Source: Lama guanicoe
Taxonomy: Eukaryota
Direction: 5' to 3'
DNA: 64,000 bases
Assembly: GCA_013239625.1 (NCBI GenBank)
Contig: MU053934.1
Location: 5,536,399-5,600,398 of the forward strand
Translations under genes and position numbers: made by a program
Notes under the pieces: model-generated
Database searches by the model: none
Told to the model about the DNA's origin: nothing
The model's input: only the letters and a program-made list of their open reading frames with translations
Shown: piece after piece, positions 1 through 12,752 of the stretch
How positions within the stretch are numbered: position 1 is the stretch's first letter
Layout: every line of letters begins with the position of its first letter

Positions 1-260
1 TATAAGAGCACAGATTCTGGAACCAAAGTGCACAGGTTCAAATCCCAGCTCTACCAAATTCCAGCTCCACTGTTTGCTTTTAGCAAATTACTCAATCTCT
101 TAGTGCTCTGATATCCTCATTTTTAAATGGAAGATAAAAACTTATCTTAAAGTACTTACTTCAAAGGCCTGCTGTGAAGATTAAATGATGTAATATATAC
201 ATAAAATGCTAGAATACTGCCTGGCATATATTAAACAACCCAATAGATACTAGCTACTTT
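1..260 (+). mobile_element. MIR SINE
   Basis: ggttcaaatcccagctctacca...gcaaattactcaatctct...gtgaagattaaatga. Confidence 0.8.
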
Positions 261-879
261 TTTGTTATTATTAGGCAGTAAAAATTCAAAGTCAAAGAAG
301 ATCTGGTTCCTTCTCTCAGAGTTCTGCAGTCTATCTGGGGAACAAAGGAGTCAACGTCCAGAGAACAGCGTGATGAGCATCATGTAAAAGTATTCAATTA
401 CAGCAAAGGTACTATAAGAGCAGAGAGAACGAGTATTTAAATCAAAGGATAATAAAAAGTTTACCACAAACGGGACCAGAGCTAATTTCTGAAGAATAGG
501 CAGTTAATTCCCATGGGAAAGAGAGTGGTTAACCATTTGAGACAATGGGAGAAACATAAAAACCTTAATGGAAAAAAGCGTGACATCAGCTGAGGTTAGG
601 CTAACAAGAAAGAAAAGTATGACAGGAAAAAAGGAAGGCAAGATCTGGATCATAAATGGCCTATGTGTTAAGCCGAGTGTGAACTTTACCCTGAAAGCTA
701 TGAGGAGTTATTGAAGACACAGAGGTAGAGGTATGATGTGCTTAAATCTTCATCAGAAAGATCACTCGGATAGTGAAGTGCAGGAAAAACTAAAGAGGTG
801 GCAAGTCTAAAGGCAGGGAGATCAGTTAGAATTCTACTGCTGTAATCAAGAGGGGTAAAAAATATAGGTTTCAACATGT

Positions 880-1390
880 AAGCATATGGCCAAGAACTAT
901 TAAAACATGTCCACACAAAAACTTGTACACAAATGGCCATAGTAGCATCACTCTTAATAGCCAAAGAAAAGAAACAACCCAAATATCCACCAAGTGATAC
1001 ATGAATTTTTTTAATGTGGTATATTATTCATCCATAAAAAGGAATGAAGTAGTGATACATGCTCAACATAGATGACTCTTGCAAATATCAGACTAAGTGA
1101 AAAAAGCCAATAACAAAACAGCACATATTTTATGACTGCATTTATATGAACCGTCCAGAACACAAAGCAAGTTAGCAGTTATATTATGGCTGAGGGAGAA
1201 AGGAGAGGCTGAAAGGAGAGGGGGAAATAGGAAGTGACTGCCAATATCTTTCTTTGAGTGGTGATGAAAATGTTCTAAAATTGTGGTGAAATTGTACAAC
1301 TCTGTGAATATACTAAAACTATAAAATTATACACTTTATAATTGGTAAATTGTATGGTATTTGAATTAAATCTCAATAAAGCTGTTTTTT
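880..1390 (+). mobile_element. Old LINE-1 3' end
   Basis: gtccacacaaaaacttgtacacaaatg...aaaaaggaatgaagta...ctcaataaagctg. Confidence 0.85.
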
Positions 1391-2606
1391 TTTAAAAAAT
1401 AAGCCTAAACTGAGGTGGTAACAAGAGGAGTCTGAGTTGTTTCCCAGGTCTCTAACATGAGTAACATGAATAAAGAAGTGATTTATGCTGCACTCACCAG
1501 GTACAGGAGATAAGCAGAGAAGTGCAGAAGGAGGCGGGGTGGGGAGAGGTCAAGTTTAGACATGTTAAGGTTAAGGTACCTATGAAACACCCAAGTGGAG
1601 ATGTCCAGAAGGTAGCTGGATCAATAGGTCTAGGGCTTACTAGAGGTCTGGGGTGAAGGAACTACTTAGAAGTCAATAGCAAATAAGCAGTGATTGAAAT
1701 GAGAGGTTTTGATGCAGAGATGCTCAAGGAGTGTATAGTGATGAGAGCTAAAGGATACAGCCAAGAATAGAGAGCCCTGGGGGATATCAACAATGGAGAG
1801 CTAAGCAGGGAACAGAGATGCCTATGAAAGATGCTGAGAAGCAACAGCCAAAGAGGAAGGACAAAAGAATACAATCTTCTGAGGACGGACAGCTTCAAGA
1901 AAAATAAAATCCTTAACAGTGTCAAATGCCTCATGGGGGCCTACCCCAGCACAATGCTTGCCATATAGAAGGTGCTCAACAATTATTTGATGAACCAATT
2001 AGTATAAAGAAAGAAGTATTCACTGATTTGGCAATGTAGAAAAAACAGTGACGAGTGACTTCAGTGAGACCACACGGTACCTAAATGCAAATTCAAAAAA
2101 GGTCCCTTCTTTGGGTGGGCACACAGGTTGACAAGCAGGGCTCAGGTGGGGTTTCACCCCCTACACACCTCCTCAGGCTGGCACCCATGTGCTCTGAACA
2201 ACTGTGGAGGGTTAAAAAGTGAATAGACATGTGGAAGAGACAACAGCCATAGATTACTCCTTCATAACCTGTTGAGAAGGGACATACAGGAGCCTCTGGT
2301 ACAAGGAAATTTCTCCAATCTTAGAGCCCACCAATAAACTACCCTATACACTCTCAATGCCTAAACGGATTATCGCAAATTTGAGAAGTTTCATTCAGCC
2401 TTTAGAGAACATGTTTTACTTATAACCTATTCAGTCATTTTAACTAAAATGTTACAGCTTCCACTAACAAAAAAGAAATAAAGATATAACCTAGATGTAT
2501 ACATGAACAATAAAACAAAAACAAACTAAATTCTACTGGAAACAAAGGACAAAGCCAACAGCTACAGAACTCCTGCAGGCAAAAATAAAGTCATTCAAAA
2601 AGCAAA

Positions 2607-3343
2607 TGTGGTAGTTTTAAAATATACCCACAAATTCTTTAATATTCTTCCATGCAAAAGGTGGAAACTAATTCCCCTCCCCTTGAGTGCGTGGGCTGTA
2701 CTTGGTGATTTTCTTCTAATGAATAGAATGTAATAGAAGTGACAATACATGACTTCTCAGCGGATCGCAAAAGGTACTGCAGCTTCCTCCTTACTCTCTC
2801 AGCTTAGTTGTTCTAGAGGGATAGCAGTTGCCTTGTTGTAACAACACTTAAGCAGTCCTCTGGAGAAGTCCATACGGTAAGGATCTGAGACCTCCTGCTA
2901 ACAGCCATGTGAGTGAGCCACCTTGGAAGTGGATCCTCCAGGCCCCATCAAGCCTTCAGATGACCACAGTCGAAGCAGACATGGTGACTGCAACCTCAAG
3001 AGCCAGAATCTCTCAGTTAAAATACTCCAAGATTCTTGAGCCACAGAAGTTCTGTGCGATAATGTTTATTGTTGTTTCAAGCTGCTGAATTTTAAGATAA
3101 TCTGCTATGTTAAAATATAGTCATCCCTCAGGATCCAAGAGAAGTTGGTTCCAGGACCTGCTACAGATACCAAAATCTGAGGATTTTCAATCCTATAGTC
3201 AGCCCTTCTTATCTGTGGTCCCACATCCAAAGATTTGACTGTGGGTCATATAGTATGTATTTATTGAAAAATATCTATGTATCAGTAGATCCGTGCAGTT
3301 CAAACCCATATTATTCAAGACTCAACTGTAGATACTCAACACA
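2607..3343 (+). mobile_element. MLT1-family MaLR solo LTR, interrupted near its 3' end by MER8
   Basis: tgtggtag start; cagccatgtgagtgagccaccttggaagtggatcctcca...aagccttcagatgac motif. Confidence 0.8.
3117..3330 (+). mobile_element. MER8-like TcMar-Tigger MITE
   Basis: tagtcatccctc...ggttccaggacc...cagataccaaaatc...gcagttcaaaccc...ttcaag..tcaactgta, with TA flanks. Confidence 0.75.
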
Positions 3344-4980
3344 CCAATAAACTTTTTAAAAGCTCAAGTGTACTAGGATATTTATTTATCTTATCTACTA
3401 AGCATGTGAACACTTAAGTACCAAGCAGAATTCTGCAAACTGGCATATATCTCATCTGCATATGGAAAGAGAAACAACCAGATACATGATTTCCTTTAAA
3501 AATAACTAACAAATGAAGGAAACAGGAAAACAAGAATAATGCAAGGTTTTTATTGAGAGGACTGAGGCATTTTTTCCCCAAGGGGGAAAAATAACTCGAA
3601 TAAAAGTTAAAGTCCTTCTTTTCAAGAAAGGTTACTTTTTAAAAAGTGGTGAGAATGGAATAAAAATGACCAAAGGGTGATAAAGTTCAATGTGCAAAAA
3701 GAAACTAACACAGAAATAAGAGGGAGAAAGATGGCATGCAACAGGGAGAATACTGGGAAACTTTATATGAAGATTAAATTTGATGCAGAACTTAACAAAA
3801 TTTGTGGGTGACTTTAAAGGAAGTTAAAAAGTAGTGTTTGTAAGAGATCTTTCTGGTGTGCTGGAAATGTAACACTGCCATGTTACTCCACAAATCTGCT
3901 AAAAATCATTAACTATACTTCAAACAGGCAAATTTTGCAGCATATAAATTTTACCTCAATAAAGCTGTTTTTTTAAGTGGTATTTGTTAGCTAAAGCAAG
4001 TAAGGAAAATTATATTACTAGTGTTTCTCTGGCTAAAGCCACGAAGAAAAATATAGTAATTCATTCAACAGACAGGAACATTTTCATAGATTAAGAAATA
4101 ATGTTTTCATTTCAGCCCAATAAAGGGCAGTATTGTGCCTCTGGGTAACTCTCTACAGACCTTGTTAGGACCAAAAAATCTTACTATCTTACGAGAAAGG
4201 CAATAGATTTGGAAATCTTAAATGTGGAATAAGGAGAAGGAACACTTCACTTTATTTCCTACCCTCTAGGAGAAAGTAACAATTTATTCTGATCTCACAT
4301 TATTGTGTATGCTTGAGACACAGAAATGGTACCTATAAGAAGAAGTTAAGAAAATTTAAAAGGAGAAAATCAAATTTATAATTGTTTTAAAAGAATGTAT
4401 GGTAATCTCTTTCTTGTAAGGAGATGACAACAGCCCATTCCCTCAACCAGTCAAAACATACACATGGGGAATTTCTGGTATTTTTGGAGATTAATTTGCA
4501 TTGGTTCAAGGACTTTTGTAGAAGTTTCCCAAAACAGCAGTATTGTATTTTATGTACCCCATTTGCAACTACAGAGATCAAGCAAAACTGCACCTATAAA
4601 CAACCACAATTCTCATCTGCTTTGAGCTATGAAAATGTTAACCTACTCTGACCCCCCCTGCACCAACTTCAGGAAATCCTGGGTCAAGAGTCTCAACTTT
4701 CCAAATCAGCACAGGTGTCTCTAATTTCAGACCTGCTAGTCTCCTCTCTGACTTTGGCTAAATCAGTAGCAAGCCCAGAAAATAAAACCAAAAAAAACTC
4801 TACTAATTCATGTAGGTATTTTCCTTCTTCCCACATGAAAGAATGTTCTATTAGAATCATATATTGACAGATGTTATTTCATTTGTGCCTGTCTCCTAAG
4901 TGGCTATGATAAAGGTCAAAATAGTTCAAGATAGTGATATTCATAATATTATCCACCTAGACTTGAAAAATTATAATATA

Positions 4981-5892
4981 TAAACAAGCAATTCTCCAAG
5001 GAAGAAATACAAATGATCAATAGGCACATGAAAAAATGCTCAATATCACTAATTATCAGAGAAATGCAATCGAAACTATAATGAGGTATCACCTCACACC
5101 AGTCAGAATGGCCATCATTCAAAAGTCCACAAATGACAAATGCTGGAGAGGCTGTGGAGAAAAGGGAACCCTCCTACACTGCTGGTGGGACTGCAGTTTG
5201 GTGCAGCCACTGTGGAAAACAGTATGGAGATTCCTCAAAAGACTAGGAATAGACTTACCATAGGACCCAGGAATCCCGCTCCTGGGCATATATCCAAAAG
5301 GAACCCTACTTCAAAAAGACACCTGCACCCCAATGTTCACAGCAGCACTATTTACAGTAGCCAAGACATGGAAACAGCTTAAATGTCCATCGACAGATGA
5401 CTGGATAAAGAAGATGTGATATATTTATACAATGAAATACCATTCAGCCATGAAAAACAACAACATAACGCCATTTGCAGCAACATGGATGTCCCTGGAG
5501 AATGTCATTCTAAGTGAAGTAAGCCAGAAAGGGAAAGAAAAATACCATATGAGATCGCTCATAAGTGGAAACTAAAAAACAAAAACAAAAAAAAAAGAAC
5601 ATAAATACAAGACAGAAACAGATTCACAGACATAGAATACAAACTTGTGGTTCCCAAGGGGGCGGGAGGTGGGAAGGGACAGACCGGGATTTCAAAATTT
5701 GTAGATACTGACAGGCATGTGCAGAATAGATAAACAAGATTATACTGTATAGCACAAGATCTTGTGGTAGCTCACAGTGAAAAAAAATGTCACAATGAAT
5801 ATATGCATGTTATTGTATAACTGAAAAAGTGTGCTCTACACTGGAATTTGAAACAACATTGTAAAATGACTATAACTCAATAAAAAAGTTAA
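4981..5892 (+). mobile_element. Young 5'-truncated LINE-1 (ORF2 C-terminus plus 3' UTR)
   Basis: [13 protein letters not shown]...[16 protein letters not shown]...LWKTVWRFL is the L1 ORF2 cysteine-rich tail. AATAAA and A tail present. Perfect 15-bp TSD aaaaattataatata at 4966-4980 and 5893-5907. Confidence 0.95.
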
Positions 5893-6973
5893 AAAAATTA
5901 TAATATAAATGAACTTTACATATTTCAATAAATGAACAAACTGTGAAAGTTTACTATACCATGCCTAACCTTTAGTAGACACTCAATAAATGTTAGTTCC
6001 TTTCTTTCCTTACAGTATTTACATAAAATAGTTCCTTTCATCATTACCACAATATAAAGCAGAATGATAGAAAAGGATGATTTCCTGACTAACCACCCAG
6101 ATCAGACTGAAAACTCAGGCCACCAGATGATGATGAAGAGACTGATTTGCAGAAGCTGAACTTTAATCTACTCTCTCCACCTCCCTTCCTAGGCAGCAGT
6201 GTCAATTCCAAGGACCATGTTCCTTCTGCGGTAGGAAGGGGCTCAATCGTTTTTCCCTGGAGCAATGTATTAATGGTTCCTGCTCTTTGTGACTGAGAGA
6301 AGGCCAGTCTCAAGAACCTATTCTGTTCTCAGTGCAGGTGTAGCAAGAGTCCAAAGACTGTCACCAACCCATAGAATCCCATGCACAAGTTCGCAGGATT
6401 CCTGGCTGGAGGATTGTGGGGAGTGCTGCCATTCATTTTTTGGCTACCAACTTCACTCTCCAAGTGATCCAAACTTCCTGCACCAATGAACAATGGGGTC
6501 TCCACACACCTAAGATCATGGGAACCAAAAACGACATGAAGTAGCACTAACCTCTACTTTGACAGGAAATGTTCTGCCAGAAGTAGGTTGCAGAGCTGTG
6601 TGAAGCTGCCATCTCCAGCTCTTTTTTGTGGGCATCTGACATAAGACAGACATATGAGCCAAAGTCATATCTGGTGTACTTTTGTTCAGGCTCTGGAGCT
6701 TAAGATAGGAACACAATCACGCTGTGTCAAATCAAACTCTAGTGGTTACAGATGGACAGACTGTGTCATCAGTAACAAAATTTATAGTTGTCAGTGATGG
6801 CCTGGCTACTGTCAAGACAGGCCCTTTGATTGCATTTAGTCGACCAATCACATAAGCTACTGAATTTTAGTGATCAGAAGAATTAGCTAGCCTGTCACCT
6901 CTCACTACCCCAAGCTGGTTTACCTAATGGCTCCAACACAAGAACTTCTGTCCTCTAAGGATTGGATCACAGG

Positions 6974-7004
<31 letters not shown>

Positions 7005-7254
7005 TTCATGGTTCTGTTCTATGATTACCAAAATTTTAAATAGGTTGTGCTGTTTCTTGGCATTCAGTACCTTCTGACAAGTTATTACATGTGACCACAA
7101 CATTAGATACCTGGTGACAGACCATAATAGGGCCATGATGAGTGTTTCCCTAAACAATAATCAATTCTGATTTATTCTAGTTCAGTAGAACTGAAAACAC
7201 TAACAAACACCTTAGAAAAGGAGGCAGGAAAGAGTAAATAAACCAGGGACCTAC

Positions 7255-7316
7255 CTTGTTTACAATTCCCACAGACAGATGAAATTCAATTCCATGCCAA
7301 CCATACCCTTCGACCA
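7255..7316 (-). other. MRTFA: MRTFA exon 2 (62 nt, 5' leader)
   Basis: Minus strand reads polypyrimidine tract ...ttttctgtttgtgttttAG|TGGTCGAAGG...TTGTAAACAAG|GTAGGT, with strong acceptor and donor. Resembles the human MKL1 leader (…CTGTGGGAATTGTAAGCAAG) as I recall it. Confidence 0.8.
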
Positions 7317-10300
7317 CTAAAACACAAACAGAAAAATAAAAGTTCATGCAATATAAGCAGTTCTTCCAGTTCCTAAAAGGTATTTGGTTTCAAAAGTAAG
7401 AAACTGTTTCTTATCTGCTTTCTGTCCTTTTCATGCTCACAACAGTAGCTGAGCTGTCACTGGCAAAAGCGCCCAGATATGTGGAGTTAAAGAACAGGTA
7501 ACACTAACTGAACACTTACTATATATGCTAGGCACTATTCTAAGAGCTTAAATGTACTAACTCAGATAATCCTCACAACAACCCTATGAGCTACTCTCAT
7601 CAACTCATTTTATATTCAAATGACAACAGACTTATACCTCTGAAAGTTGCTCTTACTGGTATTAAGAAATCCCTTTTAAATAAACCCAGGCAACCTCAAC
7701 CATTGCAGCTGCACGGTCTCAGTGGATAATATCTATAAATGTTCCATATTTATCCAGTCATTATGTATTTCTTAAGGTCCCTGGTGGTCTGAGCACTATA
7801 CCAGGTGCTAAACAGGATTCATTCTCTGCCCTTTAGGAGTTGAAAAGCTAGTTGAAGAGATCAGAGTAAACGCCAAGAAATGGTTCAAGAAATTGAATGC
7901 CCTATGATGAGGTACGATCTCTTTGTGCAATCATTCAGTAAAAAAAAAAAAAAAAATCAATAACCTTTGGGAAAAGGAAAGGAAAGCTTCACAGAAGAGA
8001 TGTCCTAAAGCTGGACCTTTAAAAATAGGTTACATTGGCAAAGAGAGGAGAAAGGTTCTTCAGGCAAGGAAATGAGAACAAAACTATGGTGGTAGGGACA
8101 GACAGACCGCACCTGAGGTCCTTCATAATCTGACCCCACCCAGTCCTTAGCCTTGGCCACTGATCTCCCTCCCCATCCCCAACAGCCACACCAAACTTCT
8201 TACTTCGAGGACACACAATCTTTGACAGCTCCATTGTTTCTCCTATTGCCTGGAATGTCTCCCCTCCTTTTCCCTGATGGGTAACTTTAATCCTAGAACA
8301 CAGCAGGCACTCAATAAAACATAGCCACTATTGTCAATAATTTTTATTATTAAGATCCAATTGCAACATTTTTCTAAAGCTTTTTCCAATTCTCTAGAGT
8401 TAATCCACTCGCCTCTCTGCCACACTTGCATGGCATTTGTCCTTTTCTCTATTAGAATGGTAAAACATTCTACTATCCCCAGCTTTCCTTTTTTCTCTCT
8501 TGCTCATCTGAACAGGAAACATCTTTTATACAACTCTATAGCCGCCAAGACTTAGCACAGTGTCCGGCACATGATAGGTGCCCATTATACACTTGTTGAC
8601 TACAGGTCCAACTGACTTGAACTTACAAAATGAATCACGAAGGGATTCCTCTAAAAAGTCAGCTCCTTTAGTACATTTGAACAATTCAGACTGTCAAAAT
8701 CTAACGCACTTTTATATTTTCATGAGTATGTCTGCTACCTAACAACACCAACAATTCACACACAAAAATGTCAAAGTGGATTCACCAAACACTACCAACT
8801 GACTAGTTTCTGCCTGACAACAAAATGAGGTCCTCATCCATGCCAATGGAGACAGGAGAAATTAACTGAATTGATAATTTAGATATTGTGGCTGGTGACC
8901 TTTCCCACTGAAACGATGCCACAGCTTTGTATGCAGTATGTACGTTTAAACGGGTATTTATATTGGCTTTACTCATGGATTGTAGAGGTTACAAATTTAG
9001 AAGTCCAATCATAAATCCAAGGTTTATTTATAGAAACTTTCCATATGGTAAGAGTTTAAGAAGTAAAACAGCAGCCTTTTCCTCTGCCGAAAGCAGGAGG
9101 TAGCAGAGTGCCAAAGGGCCAAACCCTCTCTCGACTCTGCTCTTGGCACTGCTTAGAGCAGAGGAAGAAATGTGCAGGGCAAGCAGGAGCCTCACTGAAA
9201 ATCAGTCACACTGGGCAACAGGCATTTTGAATGTCTGTGTTATTCAAGGCTTAGGTATTAATTTTATACATGCCCATGTTCATTTAAAGCACAATTTGTG
9301 GCTTGGAACTTAAAAAATGCTCTAATGTGCTAGTTTGTCCACATGTTAATCGAGTCAGCCAGGTTTGAACATGCCAAGCTTAAAATACTCTCTAGATCGT
9401 TATGCAAAGGTATGAGCTCAATCCTTTATTCTCGTGAAAAGGAACTTAGTCAGGGGAGGATGACTAAAGCAGCAGTAGTTCAATGAAAGCCATAAAAGAA
9501 CAAGTCAACTCCTAAATAGTGATGAGTTACTTTTTTAAAATATCTGAATAGAAATAGGATACAAGCTAATGACACATTTCTTACAATTATTAACCTCAAA
9601 ATGAGATTCTGGTTTTTTAGATCCAAGTTGTCAGAGAATGTATTTTTAAATTGATTTCTACATGAGATCATCTCATAAAAAGGTTGTTTTAGTCGTCCAC
9701 TGATTAAACCTCTTCAGAATCCAAGTTTAACTTACTTTTTATTGAAATAAATTATGTTTTTATATGAACAGTATTATAAGCAAAGTCTTCTTAAATCTTT
9801 TATCAGCTTTAGAGAAATGCCAATGAATGACTAAATTTAAACCTCAGAAGCTCACACATCCAATTCCTTCAATTTCAGTAGGGGAACCAGAGCAGAAAGG
9901 GTTCAGTGACTTAATAACAAGGAAGATCAGGACCAGAATCTGATTAGAAATCCCATGTATTTTATTCCACTACCTGTTACTAAATACACTGTCTTATTAA
10001 GGCAGAAAATGTTTTAGAAACTACAACAGAAGAAAGTTTAAATTCCTATACCCATTCCCCTTGAAAAGAATTTAAAAATTAGATGTGTATGCCCTGGAGA
10101 TTTGGAAATGCTGCCTGTTAAGAACTTGGGCAGTAGGAAATCATAGCAGTTATTTTCAATACTTTTGGCTCAATACCTATTTACATAGAATCTTTGCTGG
10201 AAGCTTAGCTTTAAAAATTTTTTCTTACATTCCAAAGGGGATGGGAATAATTTTTATAGTCTAAGATGACATTACCCTTATCTTCTAAAAAATAAACTCC

Positions 10301-12034
10301 CCACCAATAAATAAGCAGTTTCACAGAATTCAGGGTCTTCTTTCAAACAAATATTTCTTCTGAAAGAATGCTAACTTGGGAGGAAAGAGATGCAAAGAAT
10401 AAAAGGAAAGTAACAAAAAAATGTAATGGAAAGGGAAAAAAGGAAAAGGAGGAAAGAGGAAAGAAAATCAACAAAAAGGTTTGACTCCGATATCAAAAAA
10501 GGAGAAAAATAATTCTGAATTAAATGAATGAACTATAGTTTATTAGCATCTACAGGGTATGGTTACAAACTCCTCAAACTGAACATCTAAAAATAAGCTT
10601 AATCTCATTTTGCCTGATTCCTCTATTTGCTCTTTCTTCCACTTCCCAAAGATAGAGCATTTAGTGGATTGGGCCTCCCGGAGCACGTAGGGGAATCAGA
10701 AATGCCAGTCCATGCAGACCCCTCAAAGTGCTGGAGCTATTAAGAATCTCTAAAGGTGAGTCAAGAAAGACCACTGTGTTCCCAGATGTGTCTATAACCT
10801 CCTTTAGAAGAGACTAGAAACCTGCACAGAGCAATATACCCTGTTGCCTTTCACATGCACCAAAAACCTTTCCTTTCAGATTATCACTTTAACTTTGAAC
10901 AGAGATTTTAAATAATAGTTAACATAACATTTAATTAAGGTGACAAGGGGGGAAAAGAAGCAATACCATATGTACTATATACATTATACTTTCTTTGTAT
11001 AGATATACTATATAATTATATACTACATACATACATACATACATACATATATACTACAGACGGAGGGAAATTAAGGAAGACCTATGTAGCCCTGCTGGTC
11101 AAGCTAGCTGCAGCATTCAACTGAACACGTGCTTGGTAAGGCACTAGAACATGCACAACACTTTACAAATAAAAAACTAAAATCTCAAATCCTCCACTCA
11201 TAAGAAATTTCCAGCTCCATCAAAGCTCTCCGTTTCACCTTCCTCTGCCAGCACCCCATACCAAGCCATGGAAGCATCTCGCATTTCACTGTGTATTAAG
11301 ACCAATGTCATAGTTTCAGACAGGCAGATATAGCTATCACTTTTTGAAAAGGCAAAGCAAAATCCACTTTGACAGTTTCTCAGGGATTTGAACATCCATT
11401 CTCTTATGTGATTCTCCTCACACTGCAGAGTGGTATTTGCAGAGGTGATGGGTGGAGAGTAAACCGCAGGAAAGCCTCTATCACAATTGGGCTCACAGAG
11501 GAATCCATTTGTTCTAATCTCAGACCTGATTCAAACACCTCTGCAGCTAGTCTTAAACAAACATTTACACTCCTGTTTTCTCAAAGTAAAATGAACAATT
11601 TTTCTATTATTTCTTGCTTTTTCCCATATAAGTTATTTTTTTAATAGGTAATACGTAACTATGGTTTAAAAAAAAAAAACCAAGCAGTACAATGAGTATA
11701 GAGTGAAAAGTAAGTCTGTTTCCCACCCAGTGCCCTAGTACTCCTTTCCAGAAAGGATTTCAAGTTTCGTGTAAGTTAACATTTTCTTAATGACTAAATC
11801 ACTCTCCCATGCTTAGAAATGTGACTGCAGGACAAGGAGCTGAATGACTTAGCTGGTTACTGCACTACCAGAGAGAGCACATCTCCACCATTGCTGAAGT
11901 CTGAGCATCTGTGCGGGAGACCAGCCTTCGGGATAGCACGGTACATCTGTGTCCTCCCTGTACCTACCCCCACTCGCATGCAAGCAAAGCTAGCCACACC
12001 CAAAGGAGAAGGTTCTTTTGTGTGTGTGTATGTA

Positions 12035-12752
12035 TACTAAAATACACATTATATAAAATTTATCATTTAACCATTTTTAACTGTACAATTCAGTGGCATT
12101 AAGTGTATTCACAATGCTGTAGAACTATCACCACTATCCACTTCCAAAACTTTTTCATTATCCCAAACAGAAACTCTGTACTTATTAGACAGTAACTGCT
12201 CACTTTCCCTCCCTCCAGCCCCTGGTAACACTATTCTACTTTCTGTCTTTATGAATTTATCTGTTCTACGTACTTCATATAAGTGAAACCATACAATATT
12301 TGTCCTTCTGTGCCTGGCTTCTTCCACTTAGCATAAGGTCTTCAAGGTTCACCCATGTTGTAGACTGTAACAGAATTTCCTTCTTTTCGAAGGCAGAATA
12401 ACATTCTATTGTGTGTACATACCACATTTTGTTTATCCACTCATCAGTGGAGAGACCCTAGTTTGCTTCCACCTTTTTATTGCTGTGAATAACGCTACTG
12501 TGAACACTGGTGTACAAGTATCTGTTTAAGTCTCTTCCTTCAATTCTTTTGGGTATGTGCTTAGAAGCAGGATTGCTGTATCCTATGGCAATTCTGTTTA
12601 ACTTTTTGAGGAACCACAAAATTGTTTTCCATAGGGGCTGCACCATTTTACACCAGTGATACACAGGGTTCCTGTTGCTCCCCCTCGCAGTTTTTTTGGT
12701 AATAGCCATCTTAATGGATATGGAGTGGTATTTCAACATGGTTTTCATTCGC
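12035..12752 (-). mobile_element. LINE-1 (L1MB-like) 3' end
   Basis: Antisense L1 3' UTR (taaccatttttaactgtacaattcagtggcattaag) and ORF2 remnant KMVQPLWKTILWFLKKLN. Confidence 0.88.
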
